NCBI RefSeq assembly: GCF_018350175.1
Contig: NC_058378.1
Span: forward strand, 80,724,001-80,788,000
Direction of reading: 5' to 3'
Source: Felis catus
Lineage: Eukaryota
DNA length: 64,000 nt
In this document: positions 48,121 through 60,480 of the stretch, piece after piece
Numbering within the stretch: the stretch's first letter is position 1
Layout of the letters: the number at the start of each line of letters is the position of its first letter
Notes under the pieces: model-generated
Seen by the model: only the letters and a program-made list of their open reading frames with translations
Told to the model about the DNA's origin: nothing
The model's database searches: none
Program-made: the position numbers and the translations under genes

Positions 48121-49597
48121 GAGATCTGTGTGGGTGACACGTGGGTTTGGAGATGACTCACTTGTTATTTTTATCCCGGTCTTGCAGATAAGTTAGAAGA
48201 AAAGTCCAGGGGTCAGAACAGTGGCTTGTGGGCCTCACGCTGTCCCCCACCGGACTGCCAGCTGCTTGAGGAAGGACATGTGGGGCTCGTGTGTATTTCC
48301 GGTAGGTTATCCCTGGGACCTCATGCGAGGTTGGCCCTCAGGGTGTGTTTGCTGAGCGGACTCCGGAAAGAAAGGAGCTTTCTCCTTTGAGTTTAAAACC
48401 TGCATTTAGACACCTGGAGAGCACACAGAAGCCCACATTCTTCTTGAACAAAACACAGTGAAAAACCAGTAAGAGGCCTGATGGACGCTGAGTACGCGGG
48501 TGGGAATCACTCAGACCCGGACACGCTTCCGACGTGACCTTGGGCGCGTTGCATCACGTTTTCGATCGTCAATTTCGTATAGAACAAGCGGGGGCGGGAA
48601 TTAGCCGCAGCATGGGGAAGCCGTGGGTGGGGGATGGCATTCCAGCCTTGGTGGGTGATGGCTCAGTAAACGCTTGTTGAATGAACGAGTTGGGGGAAGA
48701 CGGACGCAGCTCTTGGTGACCTTCCCCTTGAATCCCCCAGCACGGGGGCACCCAGTGGAACCGCTGGGTGGTCTGGGGTGTGGGTGTGGGTTTGTACGGA
48801 CCTGCATGTGCATTCCGTCACGGCTCCCGAACGGGTAGCGGGGTTGTCATTTTCACCACGAGATACACACTTATCAAGTGCAAACTCAAGACCTCTCCGT
48901 CCATGGATGCTGGACCCCGGCCAGCGTCCCCATAAGTGCTGCTGCTCCCCAGCCCCACCACTCACCCTCTCACCCACACTTTGCCTCACCCGGGCCTTCC
49001 GGGGTTGAGGGAGCTCTGGCCTCTGTGAAGCAGGTGGCGATACCCCTTCAGACGCAGACCCTCGTCTCCCCTGAATGGATCATATGGGTGTGAGGGATTC
49101 CCTGTTCCCGGAGTACCGCTGCTTGGGGCCGGGACACAGGCCAGGGCAGATCAGAAGCACTAGGAGGTGAAGCCAGAAGCCCTGGGATCGCAGCCAGCCT
49201 GGAGAGAGATGTAGAGGTTTGTCTGGCGAAAGCTGGGGCTGAGAGCTTGAGCCTTGATGTTCTCGCATAACGTATTCTGTGGGTCCCAGAGACCTAGGCC
49301 AATTGTCTGTACTTACTCACATTTTCATGGATGCACTGGTTCAAAACATGGGGTACCTACAATCTGCCCAGAAGGCACAGGATAAGGCTCAGTTTCTGCC
49401 CTTCAGGAACTTGCAGTCCAGTGGGAGGAGTAAGACACACTGTGTAACCCAAGTCAGAAATGGTCAGTGACTTAGAGAGGCCTTCTCTGGCGCTGCCTTG
49501 GTTCTGAGCCTGGGGGGATCATAGGCAGCTGGGGGGGAATCAAGGAGGGCTTCTTAGAAGAGGTGGCTTTGTATTCATTCAACAGCAAGCATTTCCT

Positions 49598-49816
49598 GGG
49601 GCGCCTGGGTGGCTCAGCCGGTGGAGCATCCGACTTGGGCTCAGGTCATGAACTTGCACTCTGTGGGTCCGAGCCCCGCGTCGGGCGCTGTGCTGACCGC
49701 TCAGAGCCTGGAGCCTGCTTCAGATTCTGTGTCTCCCTCTCTCTGCCCCTCCCCCACTCGCACTCAGTCTCTCAAAAATGAATAAACGTTAAAAAAAGAT
49801 AAAAAGGAAAACCAAT
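49598..49816 (+). mobile_element. CanSINE
   Basis: TSD aagcatttcctg. Confidence 0.95.
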
Positions 49817-50700
49817 AAGCATTTCCTGAGCACGTCTCTTAAGGCTCCCTACCTGCCATAAGTTCTGGGCTAGAAGGTCCCTGTGCTTACGGAGCTCACA
49901 TTGTTGCGGAGGTGAGGCCCAGCGGCGATGAACAAGCCAATGAGTAAATGGAAAGGACCCTCGGCAGGGAGTGATGAGTTCAGAGGATGAAGATGTCCGG
50001 GGCCTTGATGAATGTGTAGAAGTGGGTCCTCGGAGGAAAGGATGGCAGGGAGCTCCAGGCAGAGTGTCCTGAGGGAAGAAGCCTGGAGGAGAACAGGGGC
50101 GCAGAAGAGTAGACAGAAGACAGGAGGCGGGAAGGGGGGCCGGGGAGAACTTGAACACCAGGCTCAGGAGTATACATCTTAGCCAGGGCGCAGTAGGGAG
50201 CCAAGACAGGTCGTCGAGGGGAGGAGTGTGTGATGAGAGCCAGCGGTGCTTTAGGGAGCACAGCAGAGCGGCAGTGTGCGGGACGGAAGAATTGGAGTGT
50301 GGCCGGAAGGGAGAGACCCACGGGAGGGTGCTGAGATGCCCAGGGACGAAGGAGTGAAGGGGATGAAGGGCATGGCCACCGGAGGCGGCATGGGGTCATT
50401 TGCAGAGGGGGGGCATGGTGGCTTCTGCGTGGCGAAGGGCAGGACAGATGCAGGGGGGAGTGGGAGGGGGTCAGGGGAAGGTGGCGCAGGGCAGAGTACT
50501 TTAGTAGTAGGACCCGTCCGCCTTTCCACGGCATCTTTCCTCTTCTGATCCTACCAATGCTTGGCGACCCCCAGGGGGACCGGGTACGAATGGACGGCTA
50601 GCATTTCTCAGTGCACTTAGGCTGCAGGGTGAGATTTCCCAGCGCCTTTGCCTCCTCTGTGGCCGCATCCACACCGCGCTTGAAACTACAGCTTTTTGAT

Positions 50701-50911
50701 GGGGTTGCCGGATCCAGCAAATAGAAGTACAGGATGCTCCGTTAAATTTGATTTTCAGGGGCGGAAAAAGGAAAAAAAAAAAAAAAGGGATAATTTTGTA
50801 GTATAAGTATATCCCACCCAATATTTGGGGGTATACTCAGACTAAAAATTGTTTGCTGTTTATATGAAATGCAAATTTCCTGGGTGTGCTGTTATTTGAC
50901 CAGGCAACCCT
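50701..50911. mobile_element. MER53 palindromic hAT MITE
   Basis: ggggttgcc...gcaaatagaagtacaggatg...gttaaatttga...agtataagtatatccca|tgggggtatact...ggcaaccct. Confidence 0.9.
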
Positions 50912-50967
50912 AGTCTTTGGTAACCATTGATAAGAAGAAGCTGCCAGCTGTGTCCTAAGAAACAAGG

Positions 50968-51010
50968 CGTGTGTGTGTGTGTGTGTGTGTGGGACAGAGA
51001 GAGAGAGAGA
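50968..51010. repeat. (TG)n/(GA)n microsatellite
   Basis: Direct observation. Confidence 0.9.
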
Positions 51011-51925
51011 TCATGTCTTAGTTTTTGGAATGGAAACGACAATTCTGAACAACTTGGACTGGAAGCTGTCTTGACAGAAAGGGCACCGCACTGCTGTCTC
51101 CACGGCCAGTCCGACTGGCCTGGACAGTGTGTCGGCTTAGAGGCCGTGGTCTCTGTGGGATCCTTCGTTGACAGGGCTCCTCCTTCCCAGGAGCCGCTGG
51201 GGCCACACGTCAGGGAGGATCCGACAATGTCACGTGCACGCTTCTGACTGCAAGAACCCGGATGCTGATGACCGTCTGGCTCCCCTCGTCCAGCTGCCTC
51301 CCTTTTGTCAACAGGAAGAGTCAGCACTTGTGGGGATCGCACATGATGTGTCCCGTGTCCGGGCGTCTGTGATTTGTACGAGCAGGAGCAGGATCCCGCT
51401 GGGCGGTCAGCAGGCAAAGCTGGCCTCGGGGGACACCTACGTGTTCCCAGGACCTACTGGGTTCATCCCCCCTGAGGTGATGCAGGCAAAACAGCTTCTG
51501 GAAGCTCTGGGTCCGACTTGTTCCGGCGTGTTGCCATTACTACGGGGAGACTACGAAGGCCAGCCCCACGGCAGGCATCTGCAGTTCTGGGTGCTGAGGA
51601 CCGTGACGTCTCTGGCAGTGGGTGTTGGGGGTGGACGGCACCTGGATCGAGGAACTTGGTTTTGTGTCCCAGGGATGTCCGGGTATCAGTTCCTGGAGAT
51701 GGTTTTCCTTCTGCCGAGAAAAGGCTTCCTCCCCTCCTACTCTGGAAAGTTCCACGGTGCTTTCAATTATCCAGATGGGTCTTTCCCTCCCGCCTGATCC
51801 CTTTTGGCCCATCTTGTACCAAATTCTGCTTGGAGTTGGCGGTGGGGGCACAAAGATGATGCTGAAAGTCTACTGGAGCTCTGCTAAGCTGGGACACGTG
51901 TTCCTAAACTGGGGGGACTTCTTTA

Positions 51926-52136
51926 GATTTAAAAAAAAATGTTTATTCATTTTTGAGAGAGAGACAGAGCGTGAATGGGGGAGGGACCGAGAGAGAGGGA
52001 GACACAGAATCTGAAGCAGGCTCCAGGCTCTGAGCTGTCAGCACAGAGCCTGGCACGGGGCTTGAACTCACAGACTGCGAGATCATGACCTGAGCTGAAG
52101 TCGGAGGCTCAACCGACTGAGCCACCCAGGCGCCCC
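51926..52136 (-). mobile_element. CanSINE
   Basis: Full body; imperfect TSD ctgggggg...ttcttta. Confidence 0.96.
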
Positions 52137-53789
52137 TGGGGGGTATTTCTTTAAAAAAAAAAAATGGATTGTCATGATCATTTCCTCCCTCAAAATTCAA
52201 AAAGGCAGCCCTTGAAGGCCTGACCTTGGGAAGAGTCAGAGATGGTCCTAGAACGTGCACCTGAGAGCCAGCCAGACCTGGATGTGAGCCCCCCCACCCC
52301 CCACCCCGCTCCTGCGACTCTACTCAGGGGCTCTATGACTTTGGCGCATGCACGTGACCTCTGCGTGCTTCAGTGACCTCATCTCTCCAGGCCCGGAGAA
52401 GCGACTGAGAGCGTGGCGGTAAGACCAGTGGCCCTCGGCGGGCACCCGGGAGCCCAGAGAGCATCACCACGTGCCACGTGCTGTTTAAGCGCTTTGCACA
52501 CATCAGGCTCACATAATTCTCAGCGTAGTGCTGTGGCTGTGGTTCTACCCATTTCGCAGGTGAGGAAGCTGAAGGAGAGGTGTTCGTTCTTTCTCCTCCT
52601 GGATTAGGATCTGGCAGGAGGCACCGACAGTCCCCGTAAGTGGAGTGCGCTGGTAAGCCTCACCAAAGGGCTACAGAAGGTACTGGGAGAAGGGGGGGGG
52701 GTGTGGGACTCAGATTAGCGGCGGTGGGGAGGCTTTTGGCAGTGGTGGGTTTCAAGAGGGTACTTTGAAAATCCAGCGGAGTGTCGCTGGGTGGAGATGG
52801 GAAGAGGGGCCTCAGACGGGGCACAGCAGTGGCAGAGGACAGAGAGTGAGGACGCGTGGCGGGAAGAGAGGTCCTTGCTGAGCTGCAGCTGGGTGCTGGC
52901 TCCGTGTGTGTGTGTGTGTGCGCGCGCATCAGAGGGGACAGGGAGGCTGAAAGCTCGGCCAAGCCCTTTGAGTTTCATTCTGTGGAAAGCGGTGCTATCT
53001 CCCAGGTGCAGACTCCGAACCTGAATCACCTTTTAACTCTATTATTGAATCTGTCCATCTTTTTAATAAGATGTTTTTAATGGCAGTGAAAGCCTGCCCT
53101 TTCCGATCAAGATGGGCCACTGGACTTGACATTTAATGGAAAACAGAGTCCGGGTCTGCAAGAGAAGGTAAGCAAGATGGGCACGTGTTCTTCCAGAGAT
53201 TATCCTGCGACTGGGGAGGACGGGTCTGGTTTCTGTTGCGGGGACTCTGTCAGTGCTCGGCCGAGTCTCCGCAGAGTTGCAGCCAAGTCACTGCGTGCGA
53301 GCATGGCTGGCGGAGGCACAAAGCTGGGGACATCCCGGCTTCTCCGACGGCTTGCTGACACGTCGCTCCTGCTGGGGGAGTTGAAAGGACACCTTTGGAC
53401 GCAGCTGTAACAGAAGGTCAGATGTGCTAAGTGTCTGAAAGGTGCCCGTAAAGGGCTGTGGGAGGGGCAGTTGTGTCCCTCTGGGGTGGAAGGGAATGGC
53501 TCTGTGGGGCGGGTGTCCCATACCATTTGGGGTGGCCATTCTAGTTAGTGAATACAGCTGGAACAAGATTCACTGGCCAGAGAGGTGATCGTCAGCCAGC
53601 AGACGGTGGGCACTGATGCGACAGGGGAGAAGAGGGAAGGGTTGGTAGAGATCGGAGACCTGGAGGGCTCCTGGGGAGGGGGACAGGACGTGGAGTTCTG
53701 ATCTAGGAGAAAAAGGCTTTATCACAGACTTGCCCAGGCTCAGGATTTCTCAGCAGCCTCTGAGGGCCTTGAGAAGAGGGAGGAACAAG

Positions 53790-54060
53790 TTGGTTGGCCA
53801 GGGTGCTCAGGTTGCAAGCAGTAGAAACGAACTCTGGAGTGAAGCAAAAGAGAATTTATTGGACAAGTATCCAGAATCAACGGGAAGACTGGAGACCTGG
53901 CTCAGAAATAGGCAGAAACCAAGGAAGCTTCTTGGGGGCGGAAGGTGGGGGTGGGAGAGGGGGAGGGTGGAGTAGAACGGTGGGACTAGCCTCAGGGCCA
54001 GAATGCTGGGAACATTCCTGGACAACTAGTCTACCCGCTCAAGATCCGCACTCACGGGGC
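53790..54060 (-). mobile_element. Old MaLR LTR fragment (MLT1K-O-like)
   Basis: cagggtgctcaggttgcaagcagtagaaacgaactctgg...agcaaaagagaatttattgga. Confidence 0.55.
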
Positions 54061-55292
54061 CTCAGCTCAGATCCCGGCGTGAGCCTCCCATCTTCCTCTT
54101 GGCTCGGGGAGGGCAGGGCCCTCCTACAATCCCACAGGTAGAGTAGGTTCCCCATAAAGACACTGCATTAGGAAGGTGAACGGGGGGCGGGCGGCCCTGA
54201 GCCACACCACGGCCCACTAGAGATGCACACTCGCCTGGAGAGTCTGTGGCTCACGCCTGGTTGTCGAGAGTGTTGCCAGCAGGGACAGGTTGGCCTTTGG
54301 CCTTCAGGGTCACCCTCAGAGTATCCACAGGCCTCACACCGGCTGGTGGCGTGGGGCTCTAGGCAAGGCCGTTCAGGTGCCCCTGCGGTACAGAGAGCTC
54401 CTGTCCCGGCCGCAGTAGCCCCCTGTCAGTGGGAGACAACTGTCCCCAAGCCTTTGCAGGAGCAGAGGCAGTACATACGTTCGGCAGCTTTTAAAGAGAA
54501 TTCCCCAGCACGAGCCTCATTCTACCAGGAATGCAGGCGCTTCATGAAAGCCAGAATAAAAGCTGGGAAAACCTGACAACTTATGACAGACCGAGCCAAG
54601 CAAAAACGACAAGCCATGTGACGAGATGGTATTTTGGGGTTGGGGATAGAGTTAGAAATAATTACAGCACAACTGAGCACAGCTTTCCCACCCCTCTTGC
54701 TGTGCCGCCGGGGCCTGGTGTGCATGGACGGAAGAGAAGGGGGAATCATTTGACTCTAATTTCAAGCCTTGTTCCTCTAATGGTTCCTTGTGGAATGATG
54801 TTAACTAATGATCATTATTACGGAGCCCTGTGCGTTGAGCAGCTCTCGTCAACTGCAGCTGGGGCCTGTGGGGTTTGTCATTTCTCTCCGAGATCGGTTT
54901 GTGAGGCCAGTCTACAGATGCGTGCGATTATTTCCTCTGAAACTTCCTAACTGTGCTTTGGGTAGGCATCACCAGACGAACCCAGACATTCGGCGTTTGG
55001 CATCGTACGTCCGGCAGCTTAGGCCTTCCGTGGTCACGGAAAACTAGGATTGGGGAGACTGACGCACACTCAATGCCCGGATGACCGTCCACGCAAACGC
55101 TATTCATTCTTTTATCCAATCACCTCTGTCCCATTCCAAGACTAGTGATGGCCATTGAGGGAAGCTTTCTTCTGTGCCTGGCCAGGTGCCCGGCCTCAGG
55201 CTGAGGACCCAGAAGGAAACAGGATATGCTTCCCCTTTCCAGGAGTTCGTAGAACACGAAACCACTGGTCATAATAACGTGCAAGGCATTCT

Positions 55293-55510
55293 TTTTATTT
55301 TATTTTTTTAATTTTTTTATTTTTGACAGACAGTGAGAGACAGAGCACAAGTGGGCGAGGGGCAGAGAGAAGGAGACACAGAATCCGAAGCAGGCTCCAG
55401 GCTCTGAGCTGTCAGCACAGAGCCCGACGCTGGGCTCGAACCCACAGACTGCGAGATCATGACCTGAGCCGAAGTCGGACGCTTAACCGACTGAGCCACC
55501 CAGGTGCCCC
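55293..55510 (-). mobile_element. CanSINE
   Basis: Perfect TSD gcaaggcattct (55281-55292, 55511-55522). Confidence 0.97.
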
Positions 55511-55894
55511 GCAAGGCATTCTAATGAAGACGTGCACACGGGGCTTAGGAACTAGAGAACGGATTCCCAAGCCAGTTTGGAATGGACAGGAATCTAAGAG
55601 AGGCTGGCGTTGGAAGGGTAAGTAAGAGAGCAAGTCTGTTCCAGGCAGGAGGGCTCCGTGAGTCACGATATGGAGGCACTCAAGCAGACTGCAAGTCTAG
55701 GGGCAGGAAGGGTGACACAGTGGCTGAAATGAGGCAAGACCCTATTTTAATTTGAAAACAATTAAGTTTTTCTGAGTAGAGCAATAATAAATGTTTAAAG
55801 ATCACCGCGGTTAAAATTTGGGTATTCCTCCTCCGCTGCGTCCTCCCCCCACTGCCTCCTCTACGAGCAGACTTCTTCCTACTCATTTATCTCT

Positions 55895-56240
55895 CTCTCC
55901 AGAGTTGGGATGAAATTGCACATATAGTTTTTATATCCTTATGGCACTTACGGATTATGTTATGAACATTTCCCCTATCGTGAAATATTCTTCATAGATA
56001 TTATTTTTAATGACTTAGTACTTCATCACATGGATGTACTATCGGTTTCTAAACTGTTCTCTCGCGTAGGACGTTTAGTTTGTTTTCAGTTTTTTTGACA
56101 CTGCAGTGAATGTCAAGATCAATACCTTTGTCCATATTTCTGATGAGTTCTTCAGGATAAATTCCTAGAACTCTAAAAGTGGAATCAAAGGGTATGAATG
56201 TTTCTAAGGTTCTTGGTACACATCATTGATTGCTTTCTTT
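55895..56240 (-). mobile_element. Old L1ME-like 3' fragment
   Basis: ggacgtttagtttgttttcagttt...ttcaggataaattcctaga...aatcaaagggtatgaa. Confidence 0.55.
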
Positions 56241-56257
56241 AAAAAAAGTTCAAACCA

Positions 56258-56395
56258 GGGGCGCCTGGATGGTTCAGTTGGCTAAGAAGTGTCTGACTCT
56301 TCGGCTCAGATCGTGATCTCTTGGTTAGTGAGTTCGAGCCTCGCATTGGGCTCTGCGCTGATAGCATGGAGCCTGCTAGGGATTCTCTCTCTCTG

Positions 56396-56442
<47 letters not shown>

Positions 56443-56453
56443 AAATACACTTA
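56258..56453 (+). mobile_element. CanSINE with long (CT)n
   Basis: TSD aaaaaaagtt(c/t)aaacca. Confidence 0.94.
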
Positions 56454-57070
56454 AAAAAAAGTTTAAACCAACTTCCAGGTAAAGATGGCAGATGAAAACA
56501 CACTAATTTTGATCTCCTTCCCCCCCCCGATACAGCAGGATTTTTTGAAAAGGCATAAACTTGCAAGAATACGAGAGGAGCACAGCAGCACGATCTGGGA
56601 ATCTGGGAAGCAGATGGACAAGGGGTAGGTAGCCGCTTTCGCAGATTTGGGAAGACTGAACTCCCAGCCGGTAGTGGAGAAAACAGAAAACCAATTCAAT
56701 ACACTCAGCCGAGTCCTCGAAACATGCAGGGGTGGTACCAAGTGAGTCTTGGAAGCTGAGAGTTTTTCCAGAAGCGGTCAGATCCCTAGACTTCCTACTG
56801 AACTCTGTTGGCGGGGCATGGAGTGGGTCCCACACCCTCTTACACCTTGCATGCACTTGGATGTTATTCTCTGGAGAAGGTAAGACCAAGCAACGTTGCA
56901 TTGGGCCGTTAGATGCAGTTGGGATGGGGTGTTTACCATACCTGATAGTCTGAGTGAACCTAGGCAGGGTGGCTGCTGGAACCCCCACTCCAACAACCCC
57001 CCCCCCCGCCAAGACTCCTGGGACATGGACAGCTAGGCAGAGACTGCCAGGCTGGAGACTGAAGGAATTT

Positions 57071-57328
57071 TTTTTAATGTTTACTTATTTTTGAGAGAGA
57101 GAGATAGAGAAGGGAGGGGGAGAGAGAGAGGGAGAGCGAGAGAGAGAGAGCGCACAAGCATGAGCAGGGGAAGGGACATAGAGAGAGAGGGAGACACAGA
57201 ATCCAAAGCAGACTCCAGGTTCTGAGCTGTCGGCACAGAGCCCAATGGGGGGCTCGAACTCCCGGATTGTGAGATCATGACCTGAGCCAAAATCAGATGC
57301 TTAACCGACTGAGCCACCCAGGCGCCCC
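57071..57328 (-). mobile_element. CanSINE
   Basis: TSD ctg(a/c)aggaattt. Confidence 0.95.
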
Positions 57329-57599
57329 TGCAGGAATTTTCTTTAGGGAGACTGTTCAGCACAGGAGGAAAGACTGTAAAGATACTAATGTGCAGAACTT
57401 CAGATGAACTTCCAAGGATGTTTGTAGTTGACATGCCCTTCCCACACACGCAGAATCCCTAGACCGATTTTTTAGTTCCTCATGTTTGAGCATGTGAAGG
57501 TCACCAAGGATTACCAGATATCTGAAGAACGTCTCTAACATGGAAGGAAAGGGCCAAAGCAAACTGTCAGAAACACTGGCCTCTACTTCACGCCGCACA

Positions 57600-57723
57600 C
57601 AAAAACCAATCTGAGATGGACCATGAGTCTGAATGTGAAAGGTACAATAAGTCATAGAGCTTCGAGAAGAAAACATAGCGGAACTGTCATGATTTTGAAG
57701 TAGGCAAAGATTTTTAAACTCGG

Positions 57724-57759
<36 letters not shown>

Positions 57760-57985
57760 ACACACACAAAACCCATTAATTGAGAAATAAAAGACTAATT
57801 AATTAGAATTCATGAAAATTTAGAAGTTCCGCTCGTCAAAGGACACCATTTAGAGAATGAAAACATAAGACCCAGAACGGGACTAGATATTTGTAATTCT
57901 TATATTAGACAAAGGGCTTCTATCCAGATTATATAGAGAACTCTACAAACCCATAATTAAAAAAACCAGCCAGTAAAAAAAAGAT
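57600..57985 (+). mobile_element. L1 ORF2 fragment with embedded (CA)n
   Basis: gaagaaaacatag...gtaggcaaagatttttaa...tcaaaggacaccatt...gacaaagggcttctatccagattatatagagaactc. Confidence 0.75.
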
Positions 57986-58014
57986 CGTTTGAAGATTAAA
58001 AGTCTTCTAGAAAT

Positions 58015-58184
58015 GGGGCGCCTGGGTGGCTCAGTCGGTGAAGCTTCTGGCTCTTGATCTCGGCTCAGGTCATGATCTCCTGGTTTGGGAGATTGAGCCC
58101 CATGTGGGGCTCTGTACTGATAGCGTGGAGCCTGCTTGGGATTCTCTCTTTTCCTCTCTCTCTGCCTCTCTCCTGCTCATGCTT

Positions 58185-58221
<37 letters not shown>

Positions 58222-58224
58222 AAA
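58015..58224 (+). mobile_element. CanSINE
   Basis: TSD tcttctagaaa. Confidence 0.95.
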
Positions 58225-59064
58225 TTCTTCTAGAAACGAGAAGCCCAGAATAGGGCTAAAAAAGATAAAGTTGAAGAATCTCACAAAAACAGAGTGAAAA
58301 GACCACGGGATGGAAAATAAAAAAGATGAGAAAATGAGCAGACCAGTTTAGAGAGTAGGAAGAGAGGAAAGAGAAAAGAGAAAATAGCAAGGGACCTGAT
58401 CCAATAAAAAATTTCAAAGTGAAAGGACATAGGTTTCAGAATGAAAGGGGCTCACGAGTTTACCCTGAATCAGTATAGAGTCACATCAAGGAATTCCCAG
58501 GCACTGAGGACAAACTGTGAGCTATCACAGAGAAAAGAAATAAAGTAAACCCAACACAAGAGAATAAGGCCAACTCGTAGGGACAGATGTCAGGCGGGCT
58601 TTGGATTTCTTAGCTTGCAAGCCACCTGGCAGTTCCCAGACAATGAGCAATGCTTTCATAACATGGAAGGAAAGTGATTCTCAGGCCCAAATTCTACCCA
58701 ACTGACCTACCAATCAAATCTGAGAGTAGCATAAACTTAGTTTCGTATTTGTAAAGTCCTAGAAAATTTATATCCCATACGCACGTTTCTCATAAAGCTG
58801 CCATAGTGTATATTTTACCAAAATAGCAAAGTGAACATAAAGGAAGACTGGGAGGCAGGAAACTGGGCAAGCAACAAGGAGAAAGACAGGTGGAGGGGCC
58901 TCTAAGACGATGGTGGGGGGTGAATGCTGGCCCCAGCTAAGTAGCCAACGTGGAGGGCTCCCGATCAAAGCTGAGGGGAGTTGAGACAAGAGGGAAGGGT
59001 CGTCACCACCTTGATGCCTTGTGCTCTTTTGCTCTCTTGGTATTTTCTGCATTAAAAAGCATTT

Positions 59065-59361
59065 TAAAAATTGTGGTCAAATAGATATAAAATTTGCCAT
59101 CATAACCGTTTCTAAGCGTCTAATGCAGTGGCATAATTAAGTCTACATTCACAGTGTGGTACAACCCTCTCTACTAGCTGTTTCCAAAACTTGTCATCAC
59201 TGAGAACAGAAACTTTGTACCTACTGAGCAATAATTTCACGTTCTGACCTCCCCTGGTCCCTGGACCTCCATTCTGTTTCTTTCTATGAACTTGACAATT
59301 CTAGGGACCACACAGAAGTAGATTCATACAATATTCACTCTTTTGTGTCTGGTTTATTTCA
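59065..59361 (-). mobile_element. L1MB-like 3' UTR fragment
   Basis: ttgtggtcaaatagatataaaatttgccatc...acattcacagtgtggtacaacc...tttccaaaac. Confidence 0.75.
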
Positions 59362-59576
59362 TTAATTTTTTTAAATGTTTATTTTTGAGAGAGGGAGAGA
59401 GAGAGGACATGAGTCAGGGAGGGGCAGAGAGAGAGAGGGGGACACAGAATCCAAAACAAGCTCCAGGCTCCGAGCTGTCAGCACAGAGCCTGACGCGGGT
59501 CTCGAACCCACGAACGGTGAGATCGTGACCTGAGCCGAAGTCAGACGCTTCACCGACTGAGCCCCCCAGGCGCCCC
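59362..59576 (-). mobile_element. CanSINE
   Basis: Full body ending ...gagccccccaggcgcccc. Confidence 0.95.
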
Positions 59577-59854
59577 TCATTTTTCATATTAATTGCCATT
59601 GACACTCATTTATATTTAAGTAGTTGTTGATAAATAAGAATATTTGAGAAAAAAGAAAGGTTAAACTAGCCTAAGTCCGGTCTAAGAACAGTACCCTTGT
59701 CACCACACAATATACATTGTTAGTGTTCATACTTTGATGTGACATATAAAGGTATTACTGTTTTATTTTTCTTTGTTCTGATCATTAGTGAGACTGCCCG
59801 TTTTTCTTCTGTTTATTAGTCATTTGTATTTATCTTCTGTTCTTTAGCCCATGC

Positions 59855-60332
59855 NNNNNNNNNNNNNNNNNNNNNNNNNNNNNNNNNNNNNNNNNNNNNN
59901 NNNNNNNNNNNNNNNNNNNNNNNNNNNNNNNNNNNNNNNNNNNNNNNNNNNNNNNNNNNNNNNNNNNNNNNNNNNNNNNNNNNNNNNNNNNNNNNNNNNN
60001 NNNNNNNNNNNNNNNNNNNNNNNNNNNNNNNNNNNNNNNNNNNNNNNNNNNNNNNNNNNNNNNNNNNNNNNNNNNNNNNNNNNNNNNNNNNNNNNNNNNN
60101 NNNNNNNNNNNNNNNNNNNNNNNNNNNNNNNNNNNNNNNNNNNNNNNNNNNNNNNNNNNNNNNNNNNNNNNNNNNNNNNNNNNNNNNNNNNNNNNNNNNN
60201 NNNNNNNNNNNNNNNNNNNNNNNNNNNNNNNNNNNNNNNNNNNNNNNNNNNNNNNNNNNNNNNNNNNNNNNNNNNNNNNNNNNNNNNNNNNNNNNNNNNN
60301 NNNNNNNNNNNNNNNNNNNNNNNNNNNNNNNN
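59855..60332. other. Assembly gap (478 N)
   Basis: N run. Confidence 1.
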
Positions 60333-60480
60333 GCGAGAGGGAGAGAGAGAGAATCCCAAGCAGGCTCCGTGCTGTCACTGCCGAGCCTGACGTGGGGCCC
60401 AGTCCCACGTACCGTGAGATCATGACCTGAGCTGAAATCAAGAGTCAGGCGCTTAACCGACTGAGCCACCCAGGCGCCGC
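60333..60480 (-). mobile_element. CanSINE, tail in gap
   Basis: ...gcttaaccgactgagccacccaggcgcc. Confidence 0.93.

Noticed and set aside
51168-51797. 209-aa ORF (+)
   Set aside because: TTG start, no family resemblance that I recognise and no supporting exon structure; a BLASTX hit or a codon-conservation signal would be needed.
53005-53173. Possible exon (ctcccag|GTG ... AAG|gtaagc)
   Set aside because: Good donor but weak polypyrimidine tract and no recognisable coding content; isolated splice words are common, so RNA-seq would be needed.
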